Source: Octopus sinensis
Taxonomy: Eukaryota
Length of the DNA: 64,000 nucleotides
Reading direction: 5' to 3'
NCBI RefSeq assembly: GCF_006345805.1
Contig: NC_043002.1
Coordinates: 30,194,001 to 30,258,000, forward strand
This document shows, piece after piece, positions 1 through 13,081 of the stretch. The notes under the pieces were generated by a model that saw only the letters and a program-made list of their open reading frames with translations, was not told where the DNA came from and did no database searches. Position 1 is the stretch's first letter, and each line of letters opens with the position of its first letter. The translations under genes and the position numbers were made by a program.

Positions 1-434
1 TTTTACGTGTGTACACAAATATATTTATACATACATTCTTGTGTGTGTGTGATTTGATTTTATTCACCATTTCTGTAGAAAATTTGTTGTTTAAATTACA
101 GGTACCGATAGTTTGTATGAGTGTGTCAATGCAATCGTTCAATAACGTACGTTGCTGTCGTTGATATATCTCTCTGCTGTGCTTTTCATGATGATAGGAA
201 TGATGACGATGACGATGATGATGATGATCGTGATGATTATAATAGTGGTGCTGGGGGTGGAAGAAGTGGTGTTAGTGGTTTATTTAAAAAAGTTGATAAC
301 ATTCACCTTCATTGTAAATCTTATTTATACCTTTTTTATTGCCAAAAGGAAGGCGAATTGAGTGTACATTGCATCGCCAATTCAATGAAACAACTAAGTG
401 ATATAATAACAATAATAAGAATGATAATAATAGC

Positions 435-481
<47 letters not shown>

Positions 482-490
482 TAATAATAA

Positions 491-612
491 TTTCTATTAT
501 AGTCACAAGGCTTGGAAGTTTATGGAGAGGGGGACAGTCGATCACATTGACACCAGTACTTGACTGGTACTTAATTTATCGACCCCGAAAGGATAAAAGT
601 TAAAGTCAACTA
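491..612 (-). mobile_element. tRNA-derived SINE family A, 3' half (tail type 2) with (AAT)n tail at ~405-490
   Basis: Reverse complement reads ...tttatcctttcggggtcgataaattaagtaccag...ccttgtgactataatagaaattattatt, matching the copies at 15627, 27686 and 62591. Confidence 0.8.
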
Positions 613-617
613 ACAGG

Positions 618-859
618 CGAAATACCTATTTCTTTACTACCCACAAGGGGCTAAACACAGAGAAGACAAACAAGGATAGACAAACGGATTAAGTCGATTA
701 AATGGACCCCAGTGCGTAACTGGTATTTATTTAATCGACCCCGAATGGATGAAAGGCAAAGTCGACCTCGGCGGAATTTGAACTCAGAACCTAACGGCAG
801 ACGAAATACCGCTAAGCATTTCGTCCACCGTGCTAACGTTTCTGCCAGCTCACCACCTT
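618..859 (-). mobile_element. tRNA-derived SINE family A, full length (tail type 1)
   Basis: Reverse complement has A-box-like TGGCAGAAACG, B-box GAGTTCAAATTCC and core gtcgactttgcctttcatcc...ggggtcgat. It closely matches the copy at 43541. Confidence 0.9.
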
Positions 860-1397
860 AATAATGATAATAATAATAACAATAATAATAATAATAATGA
901 TACAGTGACGCTATTCTACTTTATTTATACTTTATTTTGTGGATCTCAGAGGAAAGGAACCCAGGGCAAACCTGGACGGGATTTAAACTGAGAATAATAA
1001 CGAGAAGAAAAAGACGAAGAAAATGATATATGCGTGGGTACATATGTATATATCAAATATATTGCTTTCCAGTATTTGTTTCCACTATACGCTCTGAGTT
1101 CAAATCCCATTTCATTTTCCACAGCGGACAAATAAAGTACCATTCCTGTATCGGATGCTTCACTCGGGCTCATTCTGTCTATCTTTCTTCCTTTCTTTTT
1201 GGAAGAATTCGGTTGTGTATATATATATATATATATACATATATATACGCTTGGTTTGAAATGGTCTCCGTTAGGTCTAAAAGTGCCAAAAGCCCAAAGT
1301 TTCGTGGCAGCACAGCGATGACTACTTCAAACAGTTCAAATCTCAAGAATCGGTACACACACACGCACACACACATGAATATACATACATACATACA

Positions 1398-1429
<32 letters not shown>

Positions 1430-2036
1430 CATATATATGTATATACATATATAAATATATATATATATATATATATGTATATAATATGTATGTGTGCGTG
1501 TGTGTATTACAGCCATATACGATAGCGATATATGTTCGGATACATCTATACATTTGATGGCAACCTGACTAAGTACAATACGTCCCTTTGTGGGCTACTT
1601 GCCATTAATGACACAATTTCGGGATGACCGAATTCATTCTATGACCAACATAGAGATGTTATAGTACAGACAGACACGAATGTACAGAAACACTACACAC
1701 ACATACACTATCAACAACCCAGTTACAGATACTACATTCAGATCTAAGGCAAGAAAGCTAGAGAGAGAGAAAGGGAAAGAAAGACACAGAGAAGGAGTGT
1801 GAGCACAGTGAGAAGGGTATAAAGTACAAAGGAGCACGTATCGGATTATATGAGTTCAGCCCAAGGTCTAACTGAGAGCATATAATGTACTTCATAAAAG
1901 GGAGATAACCCAAGAGAGCAACAGTTTTCCTCATATCATGGATCGGTCCCTAATGACGCAAAACAATTCATAGCGTAATTCGATATTGTGGTGTGTATGT
2001 GTGTGCATTTATATATGGGTATAAATACGGGTATAA

Positions 2037-2240
2037 ATGTGACCTCGTGTGTACCGTTAGCGATTTTTTTCCTCTGGCTTCCTTTCTCTGGATCTTTCCA
2101 TCTCCTATGTTTCCGACGAAGAGCTCCGCTCGAAACGTTAAACCCTCCTTCTTTCCTTCTTCCTGAGCGTCCAATAATACTATATTTGTTCCACCTCCTC
2201 GCGTTCTGTTTTTTTGTGCTTTCTTGTTTGGATTAACTTT
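2037..2240 (+). mobile_element. Interspersed ~200 bp repeat (copy 1), probably a Penelope-like terminal-repeat fragment with a hammerhead-like motif
   Basis: Homologous to 41528-41720 (shared gtgtgtaccgtt, cctatgtttccgacgaagagctccgct, gcgtccaataatactata, ggattaac), and both copies run into (TA)n. The Penelope assignment rests only on the ribozyme-like motif. Confidence 0.65.
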
Positions 2241-2631
2241 ATATATATATAAATAACCTTTGCATTTGATTTTTTAATGTCTTTACCCCCATACTTTCGT
2301 GAGTTGAATTGAGCAAACACTATATGAGAGAGATTTTCTTTAAGTATTAGAAATAGTTTTAAAAAAGTTTTTTTAGCTACTATTTCTAATGAGTTCAGTA
2401 TGTGGCAAAGTAATTTATTTTACTAAGCTTTTATATAATGTAATAATTGAATTCGCCTAAATGGTCCCTTTACATACTGAATACTTGGTGAAATTGATTA
2501 ATAATTAATTAATTTTACCCTCAATTGTTGAAATATTATTATATATATATATATATAGTGTGTATATATGTGTGTATATATATATATATAGTCTGTATAT
2601 ATATATATATGTGTGTATATATTTACATATA

Positions 2632-2673
<42 letters not shown>

Positions 2674-3078
2674 GTGTGTATGTATATATATATATATATA
2701 TGTGTATGTATATATAATATATATATATGTGTATGTATATATATATATATATATATATGTGTATGTATATATATATATATATATATGTGTGTGTATATAT
2801 ATATATGCATATATATATATAATATATATATATAGATATATATAATATATGTTAGTTAAGTTTTTGGCTCAAACGAAGCAAAAAAGCAAGGCCATGCATA
2901 TATATATGCATACACACACACACACACACACACACACCACACACACAATATATATATATTATTATATATATATATATATAGACATATATATGTATGTGTG
3001 TGTGGATATATACATATATATGCATATATATATATATATATATATGTATAAATATATGTATAAATATATATATATATG

Positions 3079-3117
<39 letters not shown>

Positions 3118-3291
3118 TATATATTATATATATATATGCATATACATACGTGTGTGTATATATGTATACATATAAGTATGGAGGGATGTATAAACACATT
3201 ACACACATACGCACATGTATGTGTGTATGTGTGTATGTTGAAATGTATGTATGTATGTATACATCCTTAAATATACATATGTGTGAATTTT

Positions 3292-3662
3292 GTGGTAAGA
3301 AGCTTGATTCCTAACCACATACTTCCGAGTTCAATCCCACAGCGTGGCACTTTAGGCGAGTGTTTTCTACTATAGCTTCAGACCGACCAAAGCCTTGTGA
3401 GTGGATTTGGGAGACGGAAACTCAAAGAGGCCCATCGTGTATATACGGGTGTGTCTTTGTGAATCTGTTTGTCACCCCGCCACCACCATCACTCCACAAT
3501 CGATGCTAATGTATTTATGTCCTCGTAATTTAGCAGGTCAGCTGAAGCGATACAGAGAATAAGTACTAGACTTACAAAGAATAAGTCCTGGGGTCGATTT
3601 CTTTGACTACAAGTGATGGTCCAGCATGACCACAGTCAAATGACTGAAACTTGTAAAAGAGA
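3292..3662 (+). mobile_element. tRNA-derived SINE family B, near full length
   Basis: ggtaagaagctt...gagttcaatccc (B-box)...gtggcactttaggc...gaccaaagccttgtgagtggatttg...gaataagtcctggggtcgat...ccagcatg...gactgaaac; matches the copies at 32900, 37365, 40490, 45801 and 61081. Confidence 0.85.
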
Positions 3663-3744
3663 GAATATGATTATGCATGCATATGTATCTATATATACGT
3701 ATGTATAATATATCTATATATATTGTGTATCTATATATATATAT

Positions 3745-4007
3745 ATAATAAAATTATTAGAGACAAAACCACTATTGCAAAACAAACAAGGAAAGACTTA
3801 ATCAATACATAAAATTTTAATAAATAGTCAAAAAATAGTCTATTGATATATTATTAAAATTTTATGTATTGATTAAGTCTTTCATTGTTGTTTTGCAAAA
3901 TAGTGGTTTTGTCTCTAATAATATTTTATAATATTTTCCTATAACATTGGATTAATCCTAAATCTGATTTTTTCCCTGTAAATTTGGATTTATTCCCTAA
4001 TATTTAT

Positions 4008-4010
<3 letters not shown>
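3745..4010. repeat. Foldback element with ~70-80 bp inverted arms, embedded in (TA)n
   Basis: 3753-3822 (attattagagacaaaaccacta...cttaatcaatacataaaattttaata) is the near-exact reverse complement of 3851-3922. The right arm continues to ~4010. Confidence 0.85.
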
Positions 4011-4072
<62 letters not shown>

Positions 4073-4075
4073 TAT

Positions 4076-4210
4076 ATGTATATATGTATAGATATATATA
4101 TGTATATATGTATAGATATATATATGTATATATGTATAGATATATATATGTATATATGTATAGATATATATATGTATATATGTATAGATATAAATGTATA
4201 TATGTATAGA
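4076..4210. repeat. 24-bp AT-rich minisatellite (atgtatatatgtatagatatatat) x ~5-6 next to a long (TA)n
   Basis: Visible directly and as the 8-aa period (MYICIDIY)n in the ORF track. Confidence 0.85.
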
Positions 4211-4904
4211 TATATGTGTGTATATATGTATATTAGTATATGTACATGTATATCTAATATATGTTTATGTGTGTGAATATATGTATATATAGTGTGTGTA
4301 TATATATATATATATCTATATATATGTATATATGTATAAATATATATGGCAGCATTAAATTAGCAGCTGAGTATCTACTCATACGTTGACTCAATACTCA
4401 GAGTAGGGCTATATTTAATATAACATTTACTTAGCTAGAGCGACAATAATTAAATTCCACTATTTCAATAATTACCATCCCATGTCTTGAAATGAAAATC
4501 AGTATTGGAACCACACTGCTCCTTCCTCTGAATGTTATTCAAAGTATTCATTAAGCCAAACATATATTCTTAATTACAACCATATCAAAACACCACATTC
4601 TCTTTATCTGTAAGAGTAGAATTGTTTAAGTCTTCCAGTATATTTGAATATCAAAGTGGTCCAAGATTTCCAAACATGTATTTTTTAAAAAAACTTTATT
4701 TCTTTTTATCTATTTATCTATTTATTTGTGTTTTTTTTGTTTATTTATTTATTGTTCTGCACAAGTCATAGCGATTTAAAAGAAGTTGCCGCCACTCTGA
4801 ACTCAAAAGCAGAATACATGTAGTTACAAGAAAGCGTCCTTTGACAAGGCGGTTACGGAGCGAGTGTGTTAAGGTGGATTTCAATGTACATACATTTAAG
4901 CGCT

Positions 4905-4946
<42 letters not shown>

Positions 4947-5203
4947 ATCTATCTAGAGTGTCTATGTCTGTCTTGAGATGATTATAGCAAGATCTGAAGT
5001 ACTCCCGAAGCTAGGCCTGGTTTAACGAAGTGAAAAAACTTGCTGAAGCTCAATGAATGAACTAAATAAATTATATGTCGATATTTCACCGCTTGAGTGG
5101 ATTATTGATACACTTATAACGACGTAATCTTATGTGTGTGTGTGTAAGTATGTTTTTCAATCTTATATATATATATGCACACACAAATTTATAGATATAT
5201 TTA

Positions 5204-5267
<64 letters not shown>

Positions 5268-5295
5268 TATCTGTGTATTGTAATTATACATATAC

Positions 5296-5335
<40 letters not shown>

Positions 5336-5523
5336 TATATATACATATATATACATACACATATTATACGCACACACATAGAAACATATATATATATATG
5401 TGTGTGTGTGTTAGTTTTCATGTAATTCAATTATATACAACTATACATTCACACACATGCACACACATACATACACACACACAATACATATATAGCGTGT
5501 GTATATATGCAAAAATATATATC

Positions 5524-5563
<40 letters not shown>

Positions 5564-6799
5564 TAGACACACCGTGTGAGAAAATTCTTTAAAGGAAAAG
5601 TACAACTATATTCAGCGTGAAGAAAACAGAGTCAGAATAATGATGGTGATAACGACGACGACAATCATAATATTAATAAAGGTAATAATAATATTTCAAC
5701 GAATGCCAGTGTGTAAAAAAAATACATTAAAAAATATGTATATCGTAAATACTTATCAAATAACCTTATGCAAATTCAATTTTCGAGACGTTCCTCATTA
5801 AAGTGTATATACCCACATATACGCGGACTTATAGACACACACATAGACATAATCATGCACACTCATACACATACCGACATACACACACAACCACCTGAAG
5901 CAATTATACATGTATGAAAGCCTGTGTGTATTTCTGAAGATATATATGTAAAATACTTCTCTGTGAATATATTTATGTATTTATATACGTAGGTGTGTAA
6001 ATAAACGTGCATATATGTGTGCATGTGTGTATATATATATATATCTATATATATATAAATTAAGTTATGTATATATGCATGAGTGTATATATCTCTCTCT
6101 CTCTCTTTATATATATATATATATGTATATATATACATGTAGTTACATATATATATATATAACAATGGTAGCTGGAAGGTGTTTATGATAATAATAATAT
6201 TAATAATAATAATAATAACTATTATTATTATATATGTGTATATATATATATGTGTGTGTATATACATATATGTGTGTATAATATATATATATATATATAT
6301 ATATTATGTGTGTGTGTGTGTATGTATATATATATTTCACTTGACTGGCTTCTAATCTTAATTTGACACATCGTTAATTAAGTCGGTGCAGTTCACAGTA
6401 AAGTACTCAGTCTCACCAATGCAGACATACAAAATATACAAATACACCTGATGTACGAACATCACTATATATGTAGGTCTATACACGTAAAGGTGTGTAT
6501 GAGTGTGTGTGTCTGGGTATGTTATAATATTTTACAATACATGCTCACATTCCTACACTCATACAAACAGACATACATACACTCAAGCATACACAGACAC
6601 ACACATATTTATTGACAAGACTTTCCATTTCTATGCACATATTTATTAATAAATATATATACACACAGACGTTGTTCACTCTACTAGTAAAATAAATGGC
6701 TGTACCGTTTGAATGTGAATTGGAGGTACACGTCTGGAACGCTTTTGATTCTACTTTCAGGTCCCTAGGTGAAACTAAAGCAATTTGTAAAGTTCAATA

Positions 6800-7201
6800 C
6801 ATACATATATGTATATGTATATATATATATATTTTTATATGTATAGGTATATGTATTATATATATATATAGATATATATATATATATATGTATATATGAA
6901 ATATGTATGTGATATGTTATGAAATATGTATGTGTATATGTATATATGAAATATGTATGTGTATATATATGTATGTATGTATGTATGTATATATATATTA
7001 TGATATATATATGTATATATATGTATATATATATGTATGTATATATATGTATATACATATGTATATATTGTAATATATATGTGTATGTATATATATGTAT
7101 GTATGTATATATATATGTATGATGTATATGTATATAATGTATGTAGTATGTATATGTATATATATGTATGTATGTATATATATGTATATATATATATATA
7201 T

Positions 7202-7232
<31 letters not shown>

Positions 7233-7389
7233 GTATGTATATATATGTATATATATGTATGTATGGCATATATATGTATATGTATGTATGTATATATGTA
7301 TGTATATGTATATGTATGTATGTATATTGTATGTATATATATATATATGTATAATATATATATATTTATATACATACATATAGGTGTAT

Positions 7390-7431
<42 letters not shown>

Positions 7432-7500
7432 CATATATGGTGTATGAATATATATATATATATATATACATACATATATGGTGTATAAATATATATGTAT
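6800..7500. repeat. ~700 bp compound (TA)/(TATG) microsatellite
   Basis: Continuous AT/GT di- and tetranucleotide repeats that generate several spurious Y/I/M-rich ORFs. Confidence 0.9.
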
Positions 7501-7882
7501 TTAAATATTTGGGGTGGGGAATTTGCGACATAGCTTACAGATATGAAAATATCTTCAGAACCAACATAAAGATGTTGTCTGCCATTTGCAGCGTGTATAA
7601 GCGACGGTGGTGTACATATGTGTGGCAGACATTTTAATATGGCGGTTGGTGGTGATGGCGTCGCTGGTTAGTAGACTTTACATGGCTGTAATACAAGCGG
7701 GTCGGATTTGGGTTAATAAGTTTAGCAGAGAATATCACGAGCGTGCGCATGCGGCTGTGTGTCCGTGCAAGTATGAGTTTGTATGTTTGTGAATATATGA
7801 ATATGCTATTGTTGGGTCTTGTAGCTGAGGGTGACGGTTCACAAAGGCCCACGCATATATGGTCATATCTATAAACATATAA

Positions 7883-7916
<34 letters not shown>

Positions 7917-8082
7917 GTATATATATCCTTACACACACATACATACACACACACATACACACACGTATATATATATAATGTACAACCACATACATGTGCT
8001 TGCAGAATTTTTCAGATGCATATCTCTGAGTGGATGTATCCTCTACTATCTCTGTCTCTCTCTCTTTATCTCTCTCTCTCTG

Positions 8083-8152
<70 letters not shown>

Positions 8153-9926
8153 CATACATATACATACATACATACATACATACATACATACATACATACA
8201 TACATACATACATAGGCTTTAGGGTCTTTATGTACAGTTTTATGGGTGTCAGTATTTATATTTCTATATAATAAAATCCTTATTGTGGATGTGTTGAACA
8301 ACACAGAGAGGCAGTGCATTATGCTTTAACAATTTTAGACATACACGTTTTTGTGCATCGTTTTTGTCTGTCACTCATCTCCTGTAGCTGTCAGAGCATG
8401 TTTGTTTATCAATACATACACACATGCAAACGTTCACACACACACACACACATGCACACTCACACCCACACACATACACTTCGTTCATAAGTGTGCCTGG
8501 ATGAGTATGTCTTATGTATACAAACATATGAATTGATAGTTTATAGTCTTCTGTTTCGTAAACAATTATCAATTATATTTATATTCTGTACATTAAAAAT
8601 TAGACGCTCAAACACTCGCACACACATATTCACTCACACATCGCGCACGCGCGCAGTGAAACGTACACACACACAGTTATATATGTTAACACATACGTAC
8701 ACACATTTGTATGTGTGTGTGTGTGTGTATACATATATATATATGCATATAATTACATATATGTATGTATGGGTCTATCTACATATATTACGTGTGTGTG
8801 TGTGTGTATATATATATGTGCACGTATGTATGTATGTATATATATGCACACACTCATATATTACCTTTGAATCTTCGAAGTATGTGTAATGTGCGGTAAT
8901 GACATTATAGTGGCTGATGGAATTTTTTATAACCCGTAAACTAAAACTAACCAATCTTATGTTGCGGGGCCAATGTAGGAAATGAAAAATAAGGCTTTTC
9001 GAGACGGACAGCTTAGGTGTTGCTGCTGATCCCATAGATTTGTTTGAGTTACTAGTAGCCACGACCTGACCAAAGCCTTTCTTGAATTACGAAATGGTCC
9101 AGAATGCGATCTTGGAATTCTTGTCCGGAATGCGATCTTAAAATTCTTATATTTTTGCTATGTGGATTTACGCAAAATGGCTGTTATCATCGGTTAGACG
9201 AATCCAAGTGTCAGCATAATCTATCACAGAAGATCGGTTCATCAATTTTTTAGAAAGTAAGGGCTAGCCAGTAGACTTTCACTATCGTGTAGCTACTTCT
9301 GAGAAAATCTATGTGAATTGGACACACTTGAAAGGAAGAAAGGATTGCACTTTTTTCTTCCTTTTCTGCTAATTTCTTTCTCCGAGTGGCCCTTAAAGAA
9401 AGAAGGGTATAGAGGCCTGTGCCCAACTCTATGAAATTTTGACGAAATGTGTATGACATAAATGTAAATATATCTTTCTAGCTGTGCTGTTTCAGAGTGA
9501 CAGCAAAGACTGAAACAATTTTCCAGCTTTCAGTAGTACATCGATTCATTCGGTATTGTGTAACAATGGCCACAAACCTTGTGTGTGATTAGCGGCCATT
9601 TTGGCAATCCTCTTTTTTTGGTATGTTGCTGTATATTGTTACCGCTATTTATTGTTATCGATTTTCTAATATATTTTTATTGTTTATTATATTGATCTTG
9701 CCCCCTTTTTTGTTAGCTGCTAGCTACCCCTTCAGTTTACTTTCTTCTTTGCGTTTTATATAATAATTTCGCTACTATACGTTCCCCGACGTTACAGGTC
9801 TTCTAGCAAATAAATTTCATTATCACCATCATCACCACTATCATCATCATCTGCAAGAAAATGCGGTGGTGGTGATACAGATATTATTGTTATTATTATT
9901 ATTATAATTATTGTTGTTGTTGCTGC

Positions 9927-9982
<56 letters not shown>

Positions 9983-10554
9983 GCATTCCATTGATCAATC
10001 GCATAAGATGTGTCCCAGCAAAGCAATCAACTTTGTTCATTAACCACAATCATACGCCGCCTGCTTTAATTACACTACTGTTGCAGCTATATTAATGTAC
10101 ACCCTGATCGCTTTACACGCTCATTTACCTATTAACAAAACTTTAATTAGTAATATGAAATACATCAACAATAAGGCAAATAGATGCAAATACTAAAACA
10201 CTTTTACATCATGCGCACAACAAAGTGCCTCACTTTCTCACCTTCTTATCATGTTTATATAAATATGTGTGCGTGTGTGTGTGTATACATGTCTATATTT
10301 ATATGTATGTATGTGGATATGTATATATGATACATATATATATATGTAAATACATACATACACACACACATTTACATATGAAATGAAATGCTAGGGAAAA
10401 ATCTTTCGCACAAGGTTCTTATGAAATCACGCCACATTAATTTTGTGAGTAGACTGAAGATTCATTAGCAGTCTTTCTCACTCTTTCTCTCTCACTCTCT
10501 CTTTGTTAACTCCCTCTCTCTCTTTCTCGGTCACTCTGTCTCTATCTGTCGGTC

Positions 10555-10607
<53 letters not shown>

Positions 10608-10934
10608 CTCACTCACATAATTCTATCAATCCATAAAAGTGTATTCTGCAATCGAAATCTGAACGGGATTTGAACTGCGAGTATAAAGACCCAAAATATA
10701 TATCGGAATGTGTTGTTTAGCGCTCTAGACTTTCCCAATTTGTCCACACAGAGATGTATATTTGTATATCTGTAGAAACACGTGCGCGCGCGTGTGTATG
10801 TTATTAAGGGATCTCATATCTCCTGCGAGTATATGTGATGTTATGTATATGCCAATATATCTGAATCCTTTTGTTTACAAATTTCGGTTGATATGCACCG
10901 TTTTTGTTTGTTTCTTCTTTTTTTCTTTATGCCT

Positions 10935-11360
10935 TTAACCCTGCAACGCGGAGTGTAGGCCATTTATAGTTGAATTCCATGTCGCATAATTTTTCGCTTC
11001 TGTACTTATACTCTACCATGAATGTCCCCTTTCTCTAGTTCCTTTTGTGTTGATCTCCGCCACGAGTTCTTAGGCCTACCTTTCTTTCTATATCCATCCG
11101 GTTTCCTCTGTAAAGCACTTTTTCGCTATATTTGGTGTTTCTTTTCTAATTGTGCTACCAATCCACTTCTACTTTTTCTTAAATATTTGCTCCCTAATCG
11201 AAACTTCATTTGTTCTTTGCCATAGCTCCATATTGCTTATGTGTTCGGGCCATCTAATTTGAAGTATACTACGCAAGCATCTGTTGATGAATGATTGTAT
11301 TTGCTTATTTGACTTAACTGTTGTTCGCCATGTCTCAGCCCCATACAATATTTGTTTCAA
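10935..11360 (-). mobile_element. Degenerate 5'-truncated 3' end of an RTE-clade LINE (post-RT C-terminal region)
   Basis: Minus-strand translation gives ILYGAETWRTT...IQSFINRCLRSILQIRWPEHISNMELWQRT...KK*KWIGSTIRK, then after a frameshift PDGYRKKGRPKNSWRR, then W...GLHSALQG* (stop at 10935-10937). These match RTE motifs LYGxETW, CLRxIxxIxW, WIGHTLRK and GxRxxGRPKxTW. Internal stops and frameshifts show it is inactive. Confidence 0.85.
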
Positions 11361-13025
11361 TAAATTATAAAAGTAATGAAGAATTTAGTAAAATAACTTA
11401 GTCATTATTTAACTGGTGCTTTGAACATAAATTAACATTGTAATGGAAGGTTTTCATTTACGTCACTTTAAAGCAGTCTCAGGCGTATAGTCCGCTGCTA
11501 GTCACTTATCTTTATATTTACGATCACTTCATTTCTATTCTAACACATTTCGCGTTGTACTAACGTACAAGCACTACGTTTCTAACTCTCTGTCTCAAGG
11601 AAGTCAAATAACTGCTCAGAGTTTTGCTATTTCTAAAGTATTTTCTCTTGGTAAGCAAATTTTGATTTACTTTTCTAACACATCTCATGTATTTAATGTT
11701 GTTGACCGGTAGTATTCCTCGCCTATACCACTATTGTTTCCCTCACAAATGCTTTTAAATTATATTCCCTTTAACTGTTGTAAATAACAAATATGTAAAA
11801 ATAGGTATCAATGTAAAGGAAATCACTCAACGTCACTTATAAGATGGCGTGTATTTACAATGTCGATATTTGAATGCTGTTAGATTTTTGATGGCTTCAT
11901 CTGAATTCTGGATCCACATAATTGGTCTCCTAGGGAACAGAACCTCTTTGACCAATTCTATCAAAATATCGTCCTAGACTACTTTATATATCGATCACAA
12001 AAGGACAAAATGCTATGCTGGGTTAAAATTCCCATCGCAACATTTCAGAACCGCGTCATCGATTCTGATGATATTCGAATCCAGCTCTACTTTGATCGAG
12101 CTAGCATATCATAAGCGTTCTAGCCATAACCATCTTCTCTTATCTTCATAATAATGCACGTATGACTACTTTATCCCCACTACAAGAATTTTAAGCAATC
12201 CTTAAGTATGATCTGATGGATATTTACTATTTCTTACAGTACGAGTGACTACATAAAGGCTATGTCATTGGTTTGCTACTTATATTACTACTATTATTAT
12301 TATTGTTCCTAAAGGTGTTTTCATGTAAGTAGCAGGCAGCAATGCCTTATGTCGGACGGTCATACAATTTATATAGTTAAGTACCGATACTGTTGTATGT
12401 AATTGTATGCTATTAAGTTACTCGACTGTAGCTAAATCGATCGCAATTTATAGCTAATAAGGTGCTCATCTATAATTTGTAAAACAAATCATCTTTTCAT
12501 TCCTAAGTGCTCTTTGATCGGAAGGAAATCTTTATGTCTCAGCTAATGTAATACTTCTTTTATAGCTAATAATGCACTCAGTTATATAGCCAAAACGATT
12601 TTCTTTTATAAGTTCCCGTTGGCGTGGCCAGCAAATCACAATGCCGTCATTAATATTACGCTCTGCCATCATATTTGATAATAATTTTCACATAAAGTGG
12701 TAAGACTTCATAGAACAATGTTTAGCCATTTGTCTTTCTTCGTTTATTCGTGTGTGTAATATATGTGTGTGTGTGTGTGTGTGTATAAAACAAGGCGTGA
12801 ACATCAAATACTTTCATAATAAAAGTCTTGCTGGCAGAAGAGATACAGGACACAACTCCAATCCAGCCCAAAAGTTCGATAAAATACACAGCAATCAAGG
12901 TCTTACCTTCAAATTAATCAATTGGACAATTCTTTGTACCGTTCCTATATTAAAATCCAAAAGAGATAGTTATGAAATTTACTATTATTATTATATTATT
13001 ATTATTATTATTATTATCATTATTA

Positions 13026-13081
<56 letters not shown>

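Noticed and set aside
1950-1987. CTAATGA-CGC...GCG-TAA, a second hammerhead-like string
   Set aside because: The essential G5 and G12 equivalents are changed, and the pattern is too degenerate.
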